DNA of 60,959 bases, counting the filler. It is 4 parts of 4 records of this genome, joined end to end, with 100 filler letters (N's around TTAATTAATTAA, not from the genome) between each part and the next. Parts side by side here need not be neighbours in the genome. Positions count along the whole stretch, not along the records: positions 1 to 25,501 come from SRR22947725_422; 3 more parts are not named here. One strand, 5' to 3'. Position numbers and translations under genes: made by a program. Below are positions 1-9,057 of the stretch, one piece after another. Every line of letters begins with the position of its first letter. Within the stretch, counting starts at the first letter, position 1. The notes under the pieces are model-generated. The model was not told the DNA's origin, made no database searches, and saw only the letters and a list, made by a program, of their open reading frames with translations.

Positions 1-1
1 T

Positions 2-1072
2 GCAAGCGCAGTTGCTTGCTCTAGTGGTATGGCTGCTATGCATTTAGTTGTTTCTACAATTTGTAGCAGTGGAGATCATATTGTTGCTTCAAGTAAAATG
101 TATGGAGCTAATATTAACTTACTTCAACATACAATGCCGAGATTTGGAGTTAACACTGATTTTGTAAACCCAAATGACCCAGAAGCAATTGAAAAAGCTA
201 TTAAACCTAACACAAAGATGGTCTTTGGAGAAGTCATAGGAAATCCTGGGTTAGATATAATGGATGTCCCAACCATTGCTGATATATGTAAAAAGTACAA
301 TGTGCCTCTAGTGCTTGATGCCACTTTTAATACACCATATTTGATGCAACCATTTAAATATGGAGCTAACATTGTGATCCATTCTCTAACAAAATGGTTA
401 GGTGGACATGGTATTGCTATAGGAGGAGCTGTTGTCAATGGCGGAAACTTTGATTGGGGGGACAGAGATAAATTTCCAACTATTTCAGGTCCACATTTTG
501 CACTCGGTGGAATAAGTTTTTGGGAAGAATTTGGTCCTTCTGCTTTAATAGCTAAAATAAGAGCTGAGGGAATGTATAATTTTGGTCCCTCTTTGTCACC
601 AACTAATGCTTTTTACCTTATGCAAGGGATAGAAACGTTACCATTGAGAATGAAAAAACATATTGAAAATACTCATGAAATGCTTGATTTTCTTCAAAAC
701 TATGAAGAAGTAGCATGGGTAAAGCATCCTGACTTGGAGACGCATCCAGACCATGAAGTTGCAAAGAAAATATTGCCCAAAGGTTCTGGGTCAATAATTG
801 TTTTTGGTATTAAAGGAGGCCGAGAAGCTGGACAAGTTTTTATTGAGTCTGTTCAATTAGCTTCACACCTTGCAAATGTAGGTGATGCCAAAACACTTCT
901 AATTCATCCTGGGAGCACAACACATTCCCACTTAAGCGCTGAAGCAATGAAAGAAGGTGGCCTGACTGATGATATGATTAGACTTTCTGTGGGCCTTGAG
1001 GATATTAATGATATTAAAAAAGATTTTGAAAAAGGTTTTAAAGCTGTAAAAAAATTGGGTGCTAGATGTTAA
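2..1072 (+). CDS. O-acetylhomoserine aminocarboxypropyltransferase / Cys-Met metabolism PLP enzyme (MetY-like), 5' truncated
   Basis: Frame is open to the window edge (ASAVACSSGMAA); PLP-lysine motif HSLTKWLGGHG; C-terminal ANVGDAKTLLIHPGSTTH and IRLSVGLE. Confidence 0.85.
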   Translation, partial: ASAVACSSGMAAMHLVVSTICSSGDHIVASSKMYGANINLLQHTMPRFGVNTDFVNPNDPEAIEKAIKPNTKMVFGEVIGNPGLDIMDVPTIADICKKYNVPLVLDATFNTPYLMQPFKYGANIVIHSLTKWLGGHGIAIGGAVVNGGNFDWGDRDKFPTISGPHFALGGISFWEEFGPSALIAKIRAEGMYNFGPSLSPTNAFYLMQGIETLPLRMKKHIENTHEMLDFLQNYEEVAWVKHPDLETHPDHEVAKKILPKGSGSIIVFGIKGGREAGQVFIESVQLASHLANVGDAKTLLIHPGSTTHSHLSAEAMKEGGLTDDMIRLSVGLEDINDIKKDFEKGFKAVKKLGARC

Positions 1073-1860
1073 TAAATTTTAAAGGAGCTGATACGTATGT
1101 TGGCACTGGAGGGAAAAAATTAGATAATAGCAAAACCACAATATGCTTTCTGCATGGAGCAGGTCAAAATCATTTAAGTTTTGTTCAACAGGCAAGATTT
1201 TTTGCTTACAAAGGGTATTCTGTAATAGTACCTGATATGCCTGCTCACGGTTTATCTGAAGGAACGCCTTGCAAATCAATAAAAGAAAATGCTGATTGGG
1301 TTCATGACTTATTAATTTATTTGAAGGTTAAAAAATTAGTTGTTTTAGGTCATTCTCAAGGATGTTTAGTAGCCTTAGAACTTAATAGACTTTATCCTGA
1401 AATACTTAGTGGCATTATATTTGTAGCAGGTTCAAATGAAATCCCAGTTAATCAATATTTATTGGATTTATCTTTGACTAATGAACGTAAAGCTTCAAAT
1501 ATGATGGTGACATGGGGACACGGAATAGACGGAGATATGTCTGTAAACAATTGGCCAGGTCACTCTCACTATGGTGAAGCTAATAATGTCATGGGTATGA
1601 ACAAGCCAAAGAGTTTAAATTATGATTTACATGCATGTAATAATTATAAGGATGGTTTAGAAGCTGCTAAAAGTATTGAAACACCAGCTCTTGCTGTTTT
1701 AGCTAGAAATGATCAAATGACCCCAATAAAATCTGGTTTAAAATTTGTTCAGTTGATAAAAAACTGTGACACACACGTGGTTGAAAGTGGTCATTTTCTT
1801 CAATCTGAAAAACCTAAAGAACTCAACTCAAAAGTCTATTCTTATTTGATGAAATTATAA
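1066..1860 (+). CDS. alpha/beta-fold hydrolase
   Basis: FLHGAG oxyanion motif, GHSQG nucleophile elbow, C-terminal SGH; overlaps the upstream stop. Confidence 0.85.
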   Translation: MLINFKGADTYVGTGGKKLDNSKTTICFLHGAGQNHLSFVQQARFFAYKGYSVIVPDMPAHGLSEGTPCKSIKENADWVHDLLIYLKVKKLVVLGHSQGCLVALELNRLYPEILSGIIFVAGSNEIPVNQYLLDLSLTNERKASNMMVTWGHGIDGDMSVNNWPGHSHYGEANNVMGMNKPKSLNYDLHACNNYKDGLEAAKSIETPALAVLARNDQMTPIKSGLKFVQLIKNCDTHVVESGHFLQSEKPKELNSKVYSYLMKL

Positions 1861-1873
1861 TTTTTATTGGAGA

Positions 1874-3469
1874 GTGGTTCAAAAACTTATGAATAAACAT
1901 AGCTCATTTTTATACCCTAATATAAAAAATCCAATTCATTGGAGAGTTTCTGAAATCATATTAAAACAATCTTCAAGCCATCCAAATTTAAAAATTATTA
2001 AATTTATTAGTGGTCCTGAGTGGACATATAAAGATTTAAAAATAAAGTCTCTACAAAAAGCTAATATTTTAAAGAAAATAGGATTAAAAAGAGGTGAAAC
2101 TGTTACCGTTTTTATCCAAGACCCTAAAGAGTTCATCTTATACTGGATTGCTTCTAATTTTCTTGGATTAATTTTTGTTGCATTAAACACCGCAATAAAA
2201 GGGAACGGATTATCACACCAAATACAAATTTCTCAATCTAAATACATAATAGTTGAAGATCAGTTTTACCATAAAGTTTTGGGGGTAACTAAGGAAAAAA
2301 AACTAGAGGTGATTGTTTTTAATTGTGAAGATTTATCTACCGAAGATTTGTTTAATGAAAATGAAATAAAATTTGGCAAACTAAGCGATAATGTTTGTGC
2401 AATGTTTACAAGTGGCACATCTGGTCCTTCAAAAGGTGTTATGATGCCAAACGCTCATTGTGTTTTATTTGCTATAGGAACAATAGAAAATTATAATCTA
2501 AAACATCATCATAATTTTTATATTTCGCTTCCCTTATTTCATGCCAATGGGTTATTTATGCAGCTCTTAGCGTGTTTTATGACAGGCGCTAGAGCAATCA
2601 TAAGAAACAAGTTTTCTGCCTCTAACTGGCTAAATGATATAAGGAAGTATCGAATAACTCATACAAATATGTTAGGCGCAATTGCTGCATTTGTAGTGTC
2701 TCAACCTCCATCTAAATATGACAAAGATCATGAACTTATTATGATTGGATCAGCACCCTTACCCAGTGAACCAGAGAGAATATTTAGAGAAAGGTTTGGT
2801 GTAAAAGATGTCTTGCCTTTGTATGGAATGACAGAAGTCAATATTCCTATATATGGCCTAAAAAATGAAATTGGTGCAGGGAAGTGTGGAAAAGTATATG
2901 AAAAATACTTCGAAGTTGAAATAAGAGACCCTGATCAAGATATCCCAGTAGAAGATGGAAAAGTTGGTGAAATTATGGTAAGGCCTAAACAACCATTTGG
3001 GTTCATGTCTGGATATATGGGAATGCCGGATAAAACTATAGAAAGCTGGAGAAATTTTTGGTTCCATACAGGTGATGCAGGAATAAGGGAGGCCTCTGGA
3101 CACTTTATATTTGTTGATAGAATAAAAGATTGTATTCGTAGAAGAGGTGAAAACATTTCTTCCTATGAAGTAGAACAAGCTTTTTTAGAGATACCATATA
3201 TTACTGAAGCAGCGGCTTATGCAATTCCTGCAGAGGGTGGTGAAGGCATGGAAGATGAGGTGATGGTTTCATTAATGACAAACACAGATATTTCAATAAA
3301 TTTTGAAGATTTAATTAATACTGCAAAAAGAAATTTAGCAAAGTTTTCTGTACCTAAATATTTAAGAATTATGAAAGAGTTTCCTAAAACACAAACAGGG
3401 AAAATTCAGAAAAACAAACTTAGAGAAGAGGGCGTTACGGTTGATACTTGGCAAAATAAAAATATTTAA
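1874..3469 (+). CDS. AMP-forming acyl-CoA ligase (CaiC-like); start may be the ATG at 1889
   Basis: FTSGTSGPSKG P-loop, YGMTE, FHTGD, RRRGENISSYEVE, PKTQTGKIQK. Confidence 0.85.
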   Translation: MVQKLMNKHSSFLYPNIKNPIHWRVSEIILKQSSSHPNLKIIKFISGPEWTYKDLKIKSLQKANILKKIGLKRGETVTVFIQDPKEFILYWIASNFLGLIFVALNTAIKGNGLSHQIQISQSKYIIVEDQFYHKVLGVTKEKKLEVIVFNCEDLSTEDLFNENEIKFGKLSDNVCAMFTSGTSGPSKGVMMPNAHCVLFAIGTIENYNLKHHHNFYISLPLFHANGLFMQLLACFMTGARAIIRNKFSASNWLNDIRKYRITHTNMLGAIAAFVVSQPPSKYDKDHELIMIGSAPLPSEPERIFRERFGVKDVLPLYGMTEVNIPIYGLKNEIGAGKCGKVYEKYFEVEIRDPDQDIPVEDGKVGEIMVRPKQPFGFMSGYMGMPDKTIESWRNFWFHTGDAGIREASGHFIFVDRIKDCIRRRGENISSYEVEQAFLEIPYITEAAAYAIPAEGGEGMEDEVMVSLMTNTDISINFEDLINTAKRNLAKFSVPKYLRIMKEFPKTQTGKIQKNKLREEGVTVDTWQNKNI

Positions 3470-3507
3470 TTATCATAAGTTTTTTAAGAATAATAAGAGG
3501 GTTAAAA

Positions 3508-4425
3508 ATGGCTAATAATATATTTAAAGGTTGTTGGCCTGTCGCTCCAACTCCTTTCATGCCGAATGGTGAAATTGACAAAGAAGGAATGAAGAGAGTA
3601 ATTGACTGTATGATTGACCAAAATGTAGATGGAATATGCATCCTTGCTAACTATTCAGAACAATTTTTGTTGTCAGATGAGGAAAGAGAAATTCTAACAA
3701 AATTATGTATTGAGCATGTTGATGGTAGAGTTCCCGTTATTACTACCGTTAGTCATTTCTCTACCGACATTGCATTATCAAGGGCTAAATTAGTTAAATC
3801 TCTAGGTGGAGAAATGCTGATGATGATGGCTCCATATCACGGAGCACTAATGAAGGGAACTCCACAGCAGACATTTGAGCAGTTTGCAAAAGTTGGTGAA
3901 GCTGGCGTCACCATAATGGTTCAAGATGCACCATTATCAGGAGTTGAATTACCAGTTTCTCTTTTAGTAAAAATGGCGAAAGAGATTGAGATGGTCAAAT
4001 GCTTTAAAATCGAATGTGCTCAAGCAGCTGCTAAATTAAGAGTTCTTGTAAAAGAGGGTGGAGATGTCATTGAAGGTCCTTTTGATGGTGAAGAAGGTAT
4101 CACTCTATTTGCTGATTTAGAAGCTGGAGCCACGGGAAACATGAGTTCAGCAATGATACCTGATTTAATAAGGCCAATAGTCTTAGATTTTCTTGATGGA
4201 AAAATTGATATGGCTGAAAATAAATACAATGAAATACTTCCATTAATTAATTATGAAAACAGGCAATGTGGTTTCAGAGCCGCTAAAGCTATAATGAAGG
4301 AGGGTGGAGTTATAAAATCTGATTTTTGTAGACATCCAATTCCCCCATTAGAAGCTAATACAAGAGAAGGATTAATTAAGCTAGCAAGTAAGTATAACCC
4401 CATTGCACTAAACTGGGGCCTTTAA
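3508..4425 (+). CDS. DHDPS-superfamily enzyme, L-2-keto-3-deoxyarabonate dehydratase-like
   Basis: ANYSEQF, MVQDAP (Gln where DapA has Tyr), Schiff-base FKIE, GPFDGEE. Confidence 0.75.
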   Translation: MANNIFKGCWPVAPTPFMPNGEIDKEGMKRVIDCMIDQNVDGICILANYSEQFLLSDEEREILTKLCIEHVDGRVPVITTVSHFSTDIALSRAKLVKSLGGEMLMMMAPYHGALMKGTPQQTFEQFAKVGEAGVTIMVQDAPLSGVELPVSLLVKMAKEIEMVKCFKIECAQAAAKLRVLVKEGGDVIEGPFDGEEGITLFADLEAGATGNMSSAMIPDLIRPIVLDFLDGKIDMAENKYNEILPLINYENRQCGFRAAKAIMKEGGVIKSDFCRHPIPPLEANTREGLIKLASKYNPIALNWGL

Positions 4426-4455
4426 TAAAAAGTTTAAAATTTTCTGGAGGGAATT

Positions 4456-4965
4456 ATGCCTTATTCTTTAAATGACCTGATTATAGATATAAAAGATGCT
4501 ATTTTACAGGAATCACTTCCCAATGGCTCGGATAAGATATGTTATTTTGTCTCAAAGGCTCTTATGGATGAAAACTTCATATCAGAAAATCTTCCAGATA
4601 GACAAAATGGAGAGCACCCAAGGCAGATACTTTATGAAGATAAGGAAACAGGTTTTTGTGTTTGTGGTCATGTTTATAGTACAGAAGCAATAGGATCACC
4701 TCATGATCATGGATCGAGTTGGGCTATTTATGGTCAAGCCTCAGGAGAAACAGAGATGACTGATTGGGAGATAATTAAAGAAAGATCAGTTGATGATATA
4801 ATTTTTGTTAAACCTAAGAAAACATATACAATGAAAGCCGGAGACGTTCATTTTTATGGAGTAGGTCATGTACATTCTCCTGTTCGTAAAGACCCAGTAA
4901 GACTGTTAAGAATAGAAGGTGCCAATTTAGATAATATTAAGAGATCAAACATACAAGCAATGTAA
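4456..4965 (+). CDS. cysteine-dioxygenase-like cupin metalloprotein
   Basis: PHDHGSSWAIYG and GHVHSP give a 3-His facial triad; GGAGG RBS upstream. Confidence 0.7.
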   Translation: MPYSLNDLIIDIKDAILQESLPNGSDKICYFVSKALMDENFISENLPDRQNGEHPRQILYEDKETGFCVCGHVYSTEAIGSPHDHGSSWAIYGQASGETEMTDWEIIKERSVDDIIFVKPKKTYTMKAGDVHFYGVGHVHSPVRKDPVRLLRIEGANLDNIKRSNIQAM

Positions 4966-4995
4966 TTCTTTGAAATTAAAGAATTACATTTTACT

Positions 4996-6561
4996 TTAAA
5001 AATATTTAAAAAAACTTGTTTCCTCCTTATCCATTCTATTCAACAAACCTGTTTCCCATTTTAAATACTGTGTAGCATGTTCCTTATTTCCGTTATGACG
5101 TAAATAAGTATGAAAATTAAAGTCAATAAAGTTTTTGTTCATCTGAATTTCACTTGTATCAAAATACTCTGAAAATTTATCCTTATCTATTTCATCCCAA
5201 TAATAAACTTTAATATCAATATCTGGAAATTTAATATTTAGATCTTTTTGGATTAGGCTTAACTTATGTAAATCATCACAAACTAAGATAACGTTTTTCT
5301 TGATTAAATTATTATAGTCTTTGAGATTACACCGGTTTAACCAAGTAGATTGTTTTAATCTTGATTTGCAGAAGTCAAAACTATTTCTAATATCAAAGAT
5401 CAAGATATTTCTCATGTTTTTTAACTCATTTAGAGTTAGTTTTTGAGCAGTTTGACTTTCGTATTCTTTATTATTTTTAAAGTTTAAGTTTTTTATTTCT
5501 TCATGCTTTACATCAAGGACATAGCAATCAAAGTTTAATTTTTTCAACCATAGTGCGGTTATGCCTGATCTTACAAGGTCACCTTCGTCCAAAAGTATTA
5601 TTTGTGAATTTAATACTCCAACAAAATTATCTGTTGCCTGAACTAATTGTCCTCCTGGAACATTTTTTATAAAACTGACCTTATCTTTAAGTGATTTTTT
5701 TGTTGTAACATCAAAAATAAATGTAGACCTATCCTTTTTACTAATTAGATCATTTGCTTTTTTTAAATTTATAATTTCAATTTCATTGTCAATTAGTAAG
5801 GACTTTATCTTAGAGTTTAATTTTTTAATCTCTTCTTCATTTGGTTGTATATCTAGGTAGTTTTTTTTTCCATGGTCTAATTTTAAATCAGACAAAAACC
5901 ATCCTTGCGTTCCATTTTCCAAAGCATAAACTTTGTTTTCAACACCAAAATTAATAAGAGCTTGGGCTCCAATAATGGACCTTGTTCTACCAGCACAATT
6001 AACAATAATTTCTGTTTTAGTATTTTTGACTAAAGAGGATATTTTATATGGAATTTCTGCGTTAGGACAACAAATACTTCCTGGGATACTCATTTTTTCA
6101 TATTCCTCAAATGGCCGCCCATCTAAAATAATGAGATCTTTTTTTTGTTTTTGTTTATTAAACAACTCATTTGAGGTTATTGATGGTGTATTGTACTTAT
6201 GCTCAACAAGCTCTCCAAAACTTTTGCTTGGCACATTGATTCCGTCGAATAATTCAAAACCTGCATTTAACCAACCATCTATACCATTTTCTAAAATAAA
6301 AATATTCTTATAACCTATGAGTTTGGCTTGTTTTGCAGCTAAGTTAGCAATACCATCATTATTATCGAACAATACAACTCTGACATTTTTATTAGGTAAA
6401 AGCTCTAAAAGTCTATATTCAAATATACTGTATGGAACCGAGATAGAAAAAAATGGATGACCTTCAGTGTGTTGTCCAATTTCTCTAACATCAATAAATG
6501 AGATCTCCTTATTGTCTGAAAGCCAACTCTTAACTTTATTAGCACTTAATGTTTTTTCCAT
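4996..6561 (-). CDS. multi-domain (about four) rhodanese-like sulfurtransferase
   Basis: Repeated rhodanese starts (IDVRE..GHP, LDGRPFEEY..SIPG, FDV..PGGQLVQ, FDIR); Cys loop NCAGRTRS in domain 2; ATG at 6561 preferred over the track start at 6591. Confidence 0.85.
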   Translation of the reverse strand: MEKTLSANKVKSWLSDNKEISFIDVREIGQHTEGHPFFSISVPYSIFEYRLLELLPNKNVRVVLFDNNDGIANLAAKQAKLIGYKNIFILENGIDGWLNAGFELFDGINVPSKSFGELVEHKYNTPSITSNELFNKQKQKKDLIILDGRPFEEYEKMSIPGSICCPNAEIPYKISSLVKNTKTEIIVNCAGRTRSIIGAQALINFGVENKVYALENGTQGWFLSDLKLDHGKKNYLDIQPNEEEIKKLNSKIKSLLIDNEIEIINLKKANDLISKKDRSTFIFDVTTKKSLKDKVSFIKNVPGGQLVQATDNFVGVLNSQIILLDEGDLVRSGITALWLKKLNFDCYVLDVKHEEIKNLNFKNNKEYESQTAQKLTLNELKNMRNILIFDIRNSFDFCKSRLKQSTWLNRCNLKDYNNLIKKNVILVCDDLHKLSLIQKDLNIKFPDIDIKVYYWDEIDKDKFSEYFDTSEIQMNKNFIDFNFHTYLRHNGNKEHATQYLKWETGLLNRMDKEETSFFKYF

Positions 6562-6619
6562 AAGAAGACAATCATAATTTAATTTTAACAAATTGAAAAA
6601 TTAATATAAGATTTTTAAC

Positions 6620-8296
6620 ATGTTAAGTCAAAAGGGGGTAAAAATGTCTGAATATAATGTGGGCGATTTAGTTGCAGAGTTTTTGCATTGTTTGGGAGTT
6701 GAAGATGTTTTTGGCGTTATTTCTGTTCATAACATCCCAATGTTAGACGCAATTGGAAGGCGAAATTATATTAAAATGATCCCAGCAAGAGGAGAAATGG
6801 GCGCAGGTCATATGGCTGATGGATACGCTAGAGCCCATAATGGACTTGGCGTTGTTTTTACAAGTACTGGTCCAGGAGCAGCAAATATTGCTGGAGCAAT
6901 TGTCGAAGCAAGGTTTTCTGGATCAGCGGTTCTTCACTTTACCGGTCAAACTGCAACAGAAAACTTAGATAAAAATCAAGGAACGGTTCATGATGTTTCA
7001 AATCAGCTGGGAATGCTAAAATCAATATCCAAAGCGGCTATTAGAATTGATGATGCGGAAAATGTCCTCTCAAAATTATTAGATGCAGTCAAGATATCTT
7101 TAACTCCGCCCAAAGGACCGGTATCAATTGAAATACCTATTGATATTCAAAGAACAGTTGTATCAAAACCCAAAAACCTTGAACAAATCAAAATACCATC
7201 GATAGATTTAAAACTTGGAGAAGAAGCATCTTTAGACGAAATTGAAACCATAATTAAGAACTCAAAAAGAAAAATGCTTTGGGTAGGAAATGGATGTAAG
7301 TTTGCTAGAGAGGAAGTAAAAAAATTTATAAATATGGGATTTGCAATAGTTACTAGCACACTGGGTAGAGGTGTAATATCTGAGAGTAATCATATGAGCT
7401 TAGGTGCTTTTAATGCGGTACCACTAATAGAAGAATTTTATAAAACAGTAGACTTAATGATAGTTGCTGGTAGTAGATTAAGAGGTCATGAAACTAGGGA
7501 TATGTCTCTAAAACTGCCTAATAACATTATTCAGATTGATATTGATCCTAAAGCCAAAAATAGGACTTATAAAACTAAAAAATTCCACTGTGGTGATGCG
7601 CAGAAAGTTTTAGATGAATTATCTAATAGATTATCAAACCAATTAACTCTAGATAAAGAATGGGAGAATGAGATCTCTCAATTAAAAAATAAAATCTTAG
7701 AGGATTATAAGAGCAATCTTGGAGCATACAAAGATTTTCCAGAAATTGTCAGAAAGGTTTTACCAGAAAATGGTATGTGGGTTAGAGATGTAACTATATC
7801 CAATAGTATGTGGGGTAATAGATCTATGTTTATCAATGAACCACAACAAAATATTTATCCAGTGGGTGCTGCTATTGGTCCGGGAATGGCACTTGCTATA
7901 GGAGCATCAATAGGTTGTAAGGGTAATAAGACTATCGCAATGTGTGGTGATGGTGGTTTTATGTTGAATCTTCCAGACTTGTGGACTGCAGTAGAAACTA
8001 ATTGTGATGTGGTTTTCCTTGTCATGAATGATCAGGGTTATGGAGTGATAAAACACATTCAAGAAAGTATGTATGGAGGAAGAAAATTTTATGCCGACCT
8101 GATTGGACCAAACTTTGAAGAATTAGCAAAAGCAGCTAAAATTAAATATTCTAGAATTGATCACGCAGACGATTTAGAAGAAAAATTAAAACAAGCTTTG
8201 AATTTTTTAGGACCTGTTCTTTTAGAAGTAAACGTCCATTCAGTTGGAGAAATGCCCCGTTATTTTGCTCCTCCACCTCATGCTCAAAAGGATTGA
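6620..8296 (+). CDS. thiamine-diphosphate-dependent enzyme (acetolactate synthase/decarboxylase superfamily), substrate unknown; start probably 6644
   Basis: FGVISVHN, ARGEMGAGHMADGYAR, STGPG, TPP motif GDGGF...MND. Confidence 0.85.
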   Translation: MLSQKGVKMSEYNVGDLVAEFLHCLGVEDVFGVISVHNIPMLDAIGRRNYIKMIPARGEMGAGHMADGYARAHNGLGVVFTSTGPGAANIAGAIVEARFSGSAVLHFTGQTATENLDKNQGTVHDVSNQLGMLKSISKAAIRIDDAENVLSKLLDAVKISLTPPKGPVSIEIPIDIQRTVVSKPKNLEQIKIPSIDLKLGEEASLDEIETIIKNSKRKMLWVGNGCKFAREEVKKFINMGFAIVTSTLGRGVISESNHMSLGAFNAVPLIEEFYKTVDLMIVAGSRLRGHETRDMSLKLPNNIIQIDIDPKAKNRTYKTKKFHCGDAQKVLDELSNRLSNQLTLDKEWENEISQLKNKILEDYKSNLGAYKDFPEIVRKVLPENGMWVRDVTISNSMWGNRSMFINEPQQNIYPVGAAIGPGMALAIGASIGCKGNKTIAMCGDGGFMLNLPDLWTAVETNCDVVFLVMNDQGYGVIKHIQESMYGGRKFYADLIGPNFEELAKAAKIKYSRIDHADDLEEKLKQALNFLGPVLLEVNVHSVGEMPRYFAPPPHAQKD

Positions 8297-9057
8297 GAAT
8301 GATAGATATCCCAGCTGATCTCTCTGAATTTACTTTTTATTTTTTAATTTTTGCGAGTATGATTACGTCTTTTATAACCTCAGCTTTTGGTATTGGAGGA
8401 GGTGCTGTTTTAATAGGTTTGCTTGCAATTAAGCTTCCTCCTTTTGCCTTACTGCCTATTCATGGGATTGTACAAATTGGTTCTAACTTTGGCAGAACAA
8501 TGATTTTTTTAAAAGATATTAAAAAAGATGTCATTATTCCTTTTAGTCTAGGAACAATATTAGGATCTTTCCTGGGTGGTACATTTTTTGTACAAATTGA
8601 ACCTTGGTTACTTCAATTAATTGTAGCTGTTTTTATCTTATGGTCTGTCTTTGGTAAAATTCCAGCTGTTGGTGCTAGTCACATAACCTTAGGTGGAGTT
8701 TTTTCTGGTTTTTGTACAATGTTTTTTGGAGCCTCTGGTACATTGGTTGCGGGTATGGTTAAAACTATGAAGCTAGAACCAGTTAAGCATTTAGCAACTC
8801 ATTCAGCATTAATGACAATCCAACACTCAGCAAAAGTGGTTATTTTTGGATTTGTAGGGTTTGCGTATGCAGAATATTTTTTTCTCATTGCTGGTATGAT
8901 CATAAGTGGTTTTATTGGAACTATAATTGGCAAAAAAATACTAATAAAGTTTGGCAAAAAATACTTTAAGCTTGTTCTTAATACAATATTAACTTTAATA
9001 GCATTAAATCTTGTTTGGAATTCTATAAAGATGAGTGGTTATTTAAATAGTTTTTAG
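8293..9057 (+). CDS. TauE/SafE (TSUP) family membrane protein, putative sulfite exporter
   Basis: About 8 hydrophobic segments, FGIGGG motif, internal half-repeat (FFGASG). Confidence 0.75.
   Translation: MRMIDIPADLSEFTFYFLIFASMITSFITSAFGIGGGAVLIGLLAIKLPPFALLPIHGIVQIGSNFGRTMIFLKDIKKDVIIPFSLGTILGSFLGGTFFVQIEPWLLQLIVAVFILWSVFGKIPAVGASHITLGGVFSGFCTMFFGASGTLVAGMVKTMKLEPVKHLATHSALMTIQHSAKVVIFGFVGFAYAEYFFLIAGMIISGFIGTIIGKKILIKFGKKYFKLVLNTILTLIALNLVWNSIKMSGYLNSF

Noticed and set aside
124-438. Many 60-150 aa antisense or alternate-frame ORFs (for example 124-438, 5933-6313, 25039-25482, 44017-44421)
   Set aside because: They are shadows of well-supported genes, with no RBS or recognisable motifs
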